Source: Candidatus Firestoneibacteriota bacterium (GTDB lineage Bacteria; Oederibacteriota; D2-FULL-39-29; JBDRBU01). From it: a DNA stretch of 30,810 bases. The notes beneath the pieces were generated by a model. That model did no database searches. It had not been told where the DNA came from and saw nothing but the letters and a program-made list of their open reading frames with translations. This document shows, piece after piece, positions 26,874 through 30,810 of the stretch. Position numbers and translations under genes: made by a program. The DNA is taken from assembly GCA_043822305.1 (NCBI GenBank), contig JBDRBU010000001.1:1-30810 (forward strand), written 5' to 3'. The stretch's first letter is position 1; every line of letters begins with the position of its first letter.

Positions 26874-26890
26874 ATTAAGTAAAATTTTAT

Positions 26891-27301
26891 ATGAAAAATA
26901 AATTAAAAATATATAGAGTTATAGATGCAAATATTAACAGGGCCAGAGAAGGATTAAGAGTTGTTGAAGATATTTGTAGATTATTTTTAGATGATGAATG
27001 CCTTTCGACTAAGATAAAAAATATAAGACATTCCTTGTCCAAAACTTTTAATAAAGAGAATCTACTGAAATTTAGAGATTCTGAATCTGATATTGGCCGG
27101 AATTCTTTATTTGATAAAAAAACAAAAGTTAAAACAATAAAAGAAATATTGATTGCGAATTTAACCAGATGTCAGGAAAGTATGAGGGTTTTGGAAGAGT
27201 TTTCTAAACTTGTTTCTCCGGAAGTTTCAAGTATTTATAAAAAAATAAGGTTTAAATTATATGATGTTGAAAAAAAAATATTTAAAAAGTTTGAAAAATA
27301 G
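26891..27301 (+). CDS. ThiD2-like domain (N-terminal module of long thiamine-phosphate synthases)
   Basis: RVIDANINRAREGLRVVED, RDSESDIG, ANLTRCQESMRVLEEFSK, RFKLYDVEK. Confidence 0.85.
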   Translation: MKNKLKIYRVIDANINRAREGLRVVEDICRLFLDDECLSTKIKNIRHSLSKTFNKENLLKFRDSESDIGRNSLFDKKTKVKTIKEILIANLTRCQESMRVLEEFSKLVSPEVSSIYKKIRFKLYDVEKKIFKKFEK

Positions 27302-27950
27302 TCTTTATGTCATTATTGACCCGGATGTTTGTTTAAATAACCCTTTAAATGTTACTGAAAATGCTATTAAAGGCGGAGCAGATATTATACAATTGAGGTG
27401 TAAGAGACTACCTGATTTTGAGTTTTTGAAGTTAGCCAGAGATGTTTCAAAAATATGTTTTAAGTATAAAATACCATTTTTAATTGATGATAGAATTGAT
27501 CTAGCCATATTAGTTGGTGCAGATGGAGTTCATTTAGGTCAAAATGATTTGCCGATAACTTCTGCAAGAAAATTGTTAAAGAATAAAATAATAGGTTTAT
27601 CTACACACAATGAAAAGGAAGTGTATTCGGCCATAAAAGTGGGTGTAGATTATATAAGTTTTGGTCCAGTATTTAAGACAAATACAAAATTGAATCTACC
27701 GCCTGTTATTGGACTTAAAAAGTTAAAAAATATAAGAAAATTTGTTAAAATTCCTATTATGGCCATAGGTGGTATAAACGAGTGTAATGCAAAAGAAGTT
27801 ATTAAAGCAGGAGCGGATGGAGTGGCAATTATTTCAGCAATTTGTAAGTCTAAAGATGTATTGAAAGCAACACGAAAAATTAGAAAAGAAGTAGAGAAAG
27901 CAGAAAAACTAAGGAAACTTGGGGAACAACCCCCTATCCCCCTTTATTAA
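27261..27950 (+). CDS. thiE: Thiamine-phosphate synthase
   Basis: LYVIID, IQLR.K, IDDRID, DGVHLGQ.D, GLSTH, GPVF.T.TK, AIGGI; start uncertain; C-terminal EQPPIPLY* encoded by the repeat. Confidence 0.92.
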   Translation: MMLKKKYLKSLKNSLYVIIDPDVCLNNPLNVTENAIKGGADIIQLRCKRLPDFEFLKLARDVSKICFKYKIPFLIDDRIDLAILVGADGVHLGQNDLPITSARKLLKNKIIGLSTHNEKEVYSAIKVGVDYISFGPVFKTNTKLNLPPVIGLKKLKNIRKFVKIPIMAIGGINECNAKEVIKAGADGVAIISAICKSKDVLKATRKIRKEVEKAEKLRKLGEQPPIPLY

Positions 27951-27959
27951 GGGGGAATT
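27924..27959 (+). repeat. C5/G5 palindromic element, copy 6
   Basis: GAACAACCCCC-TAT-CCCCCTTTATTAAGGGGGAATT containing the thiE stop 27948-27950. Confidence 0.95.
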
Positions 27960-27987
27960 GGGGAATTGGGGGATTAAAGGAGATTTT

Positions 27988-29259
27988 ATGACGCAGATTG
28001 AAGTTGCTAAAAAGGGGAAATATACAAAGGAGATGATAGAAGTAGCAAAACTTGAAGGAGTTTCCAAGGAATACATAAGAAAGAATATTGAAGAAGGAAC
28101 GATAGTCATACCTTCTAATTTGAAGCGTAAAACAGGAAAAATTTGTGGTATTGGTAAAGGGTTAAGGACAAAAATCAATGTTAATCTAGGAACTTCTCCG
28201 GTTAAGGTAAACAAGAAATTAGAATTGGAAAAATTAAAAATAGCAATTAAATATGGAACAGATACTGTTATGGATTTAAGTACAGGTGGTGACCTTGACG
28301 ATATTAGAAGGGCTATTATTAAAAACTCGGATATTCCTGTTGGGACTGTCCCAATTTATCAATCGGCCATTGAGATAGTAAAAAGAAAAAAGCCTATGGT
28401 GAACATAACAAAAGAAGATATCTTTGATACAATTGAAAAGCATATAAAAGATGGTGTTGATTTTATAACAGTACATTGTGGTGTTACTTTAGAGACGGTA
28501 GATAGATTAAGAAAAGAAGGGAGAATTGCCAATGTTGTCAGTAGAGGAGGTTCTTTTATTATTGAATGGATGATTTATAATGCTAAAGAGAATCCATTAT
28601 ATGAAAATTTTGATTTATTGCTTGAGATGGTAAAGAAATATGATGTTACTTTAAGTCTGGGAGATGGATTACGACCCGGTTCAATAGCCGATGCTAGTGA
28701 TAGAGCACAGATTCAAGAATTAATTATTCTGGGAGAACTTGCGCAGAAGGCGTTGAAAAATAATATTCAGGTTATGATCGAAGGTCCTGGCCATGTTCCC
28801 ATAGACCAGATAGAAGCAAATGTATTACTTCAAAAAAGATTATGCCATTCTGCACCATTTTATGTTTTAGGTCCAATAGTTACTGATATTGCTCCAGGTT
28901 ATGACCATATAACTTCTGCTATTGGAGCAAGCATCGCTGGAAAAGCAGGTGCTGATTTTTTATGCTATGTGACTCCTTCTGAACACTTAGGTCTACCAAA
29001 TATTAAAGATGTTAAAGAAGGCACTATGGCCTCAAAGATTGCAGCCCATGTGGCCGATATTGGAAAAGGAATAAAAGGAGCAATAGAGTTGGATAAAAAT
29101 ATGTCTAAATGCAGAAAATTATTAGACTGGAAAAATCAACAAAAATACGCAATAGATCCTTATATTATTAAGAAATACAGGAATAAAAGATATAAAGATA
29201 CCTGCACCATGTGTGGCGAGTATTGTGCTATGAAAAAAGTTAATAAGTATTTTAAGTAG
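27988..29259 (+). CDS. thiC: Phosphomethylpyrimidine synthase
   Basis: KINVNLGTS, MDLSTGG, GTVPIYQ, SRGGS, LGDGLRPG, EGPGH, GYDH, CTMCGEYC; AAGGAG SD before ATG 27988; thi context argues against a Bza paralogue. Confidence 0.93.
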   Translation: MTQIEVAKKGKYTKEMIEVAKLEGVSKEYIRKNIEEGTIVIPSNLKRKTGKICGIGKGLRTKINVNLGTSPVKVNKKLELEKLKIAIKYGTDTVMDLSTGGDLDDIRRAIIKNSDIPVGTVPIYQSAIEIVKRKKPMVNITKEDIFDTIEKHIKDGVDFITVHCGVTLETVDRLRKEGRIANVVSRGGSFIIEWMIYNAKENPLYENFDLLLEMVKKYDVTLSLGDGLRPGSIADASDRAQIQELIILGELAQKALKNNIQVMIEGPGHVPIDQIEANVLLQKRLCHSAPFYVLGPIVTDIAPGYDHITSAIGASIAGKAGADFLCYVTPSEHLGLPNIKDVKEGTMASKIAAHVADIGKGIKGAIELDKNMSKCRKLLDWKNQQKYAIDPYIIKKYRNKRYKDTCTMCGEYCAMKKVNKYFK

Positions 29260-29794
29260 AACTAATTCTTGCTTTATTAATTTGGTCACGGATATTTGCT
29301 GCTTCTTCGTATTTTTCCTGTTTAATAAATTCGTCTAACTGAATTTGAAGTTGTCTTAGTTTTTTAGTTTTTTCATCTTCATGCGGCATAACATCCATAC
29401 CAGCTTGATTCATAATGTTTTGTGATATAAAAATAGGAGATTTTGCTCTAAGGGCTATGGCTATCGCATCACTTGGACGACTATCAATTTCTTTAATTAT
29501 ACCATTAGTTTCTACAGTTATATTTGCGTAAAAAGTGTTGTCTTTTAAATCTATTATTGTTGTTTTTAGAATTTTAGTATTTAAATTCTCAAAAATGTTT
29601 TTTATTAAATCATGTGTGGATGGCCTTGGTAATTTTTGACCTTCTAATTCAAGTGCTATGGCTTGCGCTTCAAAAGGTCCAATATATACAGGTAGCCATT
29701 TGTTGTTAATGTCATCTTTTAAAATTACGGCAAATCCACGACTGGCAGGATCTACGACTACTCCTTGAACCTTTACGGATAATAATTTTTCCAT
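29252..29794 (-). CDS. Bifunctional nuclease (DUF151) with C-terminal UVR domain
   Basis: LPVYIGPFEAQAI, RPSTHDL, TFYA, IDSRPSDAIAIALR; EKYEEAANIRDQI. Confidence 0.92.
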   Translation of the reverse strand: MEKLLSVKVQGVVVDPASRGFAVILKDDINNKWLPVYIGPFEAQAIALELEGQKLPRPSTHDLIKNIFENLNTKILKTTIIDLKDNTFYANITVETNGIIKEIDSRPSDAIAIALRAKSPIFISQNIMNQAGMDVMPHEDEKTKKLRQLQIQLDEFIKQEKYEEAANIRDQINKARISST

Positions 29795-29800
29795 AACTGA

Positions 29801-29829
29801 ATTATATTATAAAAAGATTTAAAAGTCAA
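29801..29829 (-). promoter_or_regulatory. sigma70 promoter of the DUF151 gene (predicts leaderless mRNA)
   Basis: Minus strand TTGACT-17 bp-TATAAT, ending 6 nt before the ATG. Confidence 0.75.
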
Positions 29830-29853
29830 GCATTTTTCGAATTTAAAAAATTA

Positions 29854-29882
29854 TTGACTTAGTTTGACTAATTTGTTATAAT
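29854..29882 (+). promoter_or_regulatory. sigma70 promoter of the LPP20-like lipoprotein
   Basis: TTGACT-17 bp-TATAAT with extended TG. Confidence 0.8.
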
Positions 29883-29920
29883 TTTAGAATAAAATATATA
29901 CAAAAAGGAGGTGAAAAATA

Positions 29921-30373
29921 ATGAGAGGAATATTAGTTGTGGTTTTTGCGTTATTTGTTGCTGTAATTTTCACTGGATGCGGAGGTGGGAGCGCATACTT
30001 GCAGGATGGGAAGTTAAAACAAACCATTGAACAGACAAATCAGACTGACAAGTATATGGAAGCAATTGGGCTGGGTGCGGCCATAAAGGATTCTACAGAT
30101 TCAACACAAAGGAAAGCATCTTCAAGAAATGCAGCCATAGTAGCAGCAGAGTATGATTTTGTGAAGAGAATTAAAGGTGTGAAAATCGAAGGTGGAGTTA
30201 CAATAGAAAAAGCAATGGAAACAGATTCAAAAATAAAAGCAACAGTTGATGATTGCATAAAGGGTGCAGAAGTGGTTAAGACAGAATGGGACAATAATGA
30301 TGGATGTGTAGTTACCATGAGAATTGATAAGGAATTACTGCAGAAGAATCTTGGCGTAAAATTTGAGAAATAG
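29921..30373 (+). CDS. LPP20-like lipoprotein
   Basis: AGGAGGTG SD; lipobox FTGC; AIGLGA..RNAAIVAA..IKGVKIEGGVTI..IKGAEVV. Confidence 0.7.
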   Translation: MRGILVVVFALFVAVIFTGCGGGSAYLQDGKLKQTIEQTNQTDKYMEAIGLGAAIKDSTDSTQRKASSRNAAIVAAEYDFVKRIKGVKIEGGVTIEKAMETDSKIKATVDDCIKGAEVVKTEWDNNDGCVVTMRIDKELLQKNLGVKFEK

Positions 30374-30386
30374 AGGTGACTATTTT

Positions 30387-30417
30387 TGTAGCGTCCCATG
30401 TAAAATGGGACGCTACA
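30387..30417. repeat. Perfect 13-bp hairpin bounded by GTAG/CTAC (REP-like)
   Basis: TGTAGCGTCCCAT-GTAAA-ATGGGACGCTACA; no T tract after it on either strand. Confidence 0.75.
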
Positions 30418-30490
30418 CGAGTTCAGGAAGTGTAAATGTATGTAGTTAGTAAGCCCTTACTGAACACCGTTATTGTGAAATGCATTTTTT

Positions 30491-30630
30491 GTCATTGCGA
30501 ACGATAGCGAAGCAATCTCATGAGTTTAAAAATTGCGAAAGCAATAATGTAATACCATTGAGGTATTTTGAAGGGATGAGATTGCCACGATTAACTTCGT
30601 TAATCTCGCAATCAGGCTGTGTCGCAATGA
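30491..30630. mobile_element. GTCATTGCGA-type palindromic (MITE/RPE-like) element
   Basis: Left arm GTCATTGCGAACGATAGCGAAGCAATCTCAT; right arm ATGAGATTGC...TCGCAATGA; GCAATCTCAT (30512-30521) pairs with ATGAGATTGC (30576-30585), TCATTGCGA (30492-30500) with TCGCAATGA (30622-30630). Confidence 0.7.
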
Positions 30631-30788
30631 AATTTTTTTATAGAAAAGTAACATCATATTGGTATATTACGGTTCTTCAGGTTCTATTGTAGAGATGTAA
30701 TAGGATAGGATGGATCTTTGAAATAGAAAGTATCTGTTAAATCCTGTATAATATAAATAAAAACATATTATACGGAGGAAAATGACAG

Positions 30789-30810
30789 ATGCTTAACAAG
30801 GATTATGTAA
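30789..30810 (+). CDS. 5' end of the next gene (truncated by window edge), unknown product
   Basis: GGAGG SD at 30774-30778 and ATG CTT AAC AAG GAT TAT GTA open to the end. Confidence 0.4.

Noticed and set aside
26817..26890. TPP riboswitch upstream of the thi genes
   Set aside because: No CTGAGA or CCTGAT...AGGGA core; the only structure is the terminator of the upstream operon.
71..27959. 34-bp repeat as a CRISPR array
   Set aside because: Copies are kilobases apart, one is inverted, there are no regular spacers and no cas genes.
27919..27987. N-terminal extension of ThiC from TTG 27919 (likewise Re-citrate synthase from 8816 and rfbB from 19050)
   Set aside because: Extensions run through repeat or upstream-gene sequence; downstream ATGs have proper SDs and match family N-termini.
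30480..30692. 70-aa ORF
   Set aside because: It is the translation of the palindromic element, starts at a non-ATG codon without a clear SD and has no recognisable motif.

Overview
AT-rich (roughly 30% GC by eye) bacterial chromosomal window, most likely from an anaerobic diderm, judged from outer-membrane barrels, lipoproteins, Re-citrate synthase and a split Fe-S fumarase. The FlgD-like C-terminal cargo plus PorV-like barrel pair recalls Elusimicrobiota-like candidate phyla, but this is only an inference. Housekeeping content: a four-gene envelope operon; icd-mdh-fumarase alpha/beta-pyk divergent from Re-citrate synthase and a stand-alone homocysteine methyltransferase; tpiA-secG; an orphan peptide-binding protein; an interrupted dTDP-rhamnose operon; recX-alaS with a pseudo-receiver LuxR regulator; a lipoprotein plus TraF/PorV-like barrel; thiD2-thiE-thiC; DUF151; and an LPP20-like lipoprotein. 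No tRNA, rRNA, CRISPR array or transposase was seen. The most unusual layer is non-coding. A 34-bp palindromic element (AACAACCCCC-N3-5-CCCCCTTTATTAAGGGGGAAT) occurs six times, sits at gene junctions, supplies the C-terminus and stop codon of rfbD and thiE, and forms a head-to-head pair. One copy is preceded by a possible DUF559-like nuclease remnant. There are also two other palindrome families (RTAG-tagged REP-like hairpins with co-varying stems, and a GTCATTGCGA MITE-like element). Three defence-type genes appear collapsed by internal deletion (PIN toxin, type I hsdR behind DUF1016, Fic). Smaller signals are an A9 slippage site that would fuse ThiD2 and ThiE, and a predicted leaderless DUF151 mRNA.
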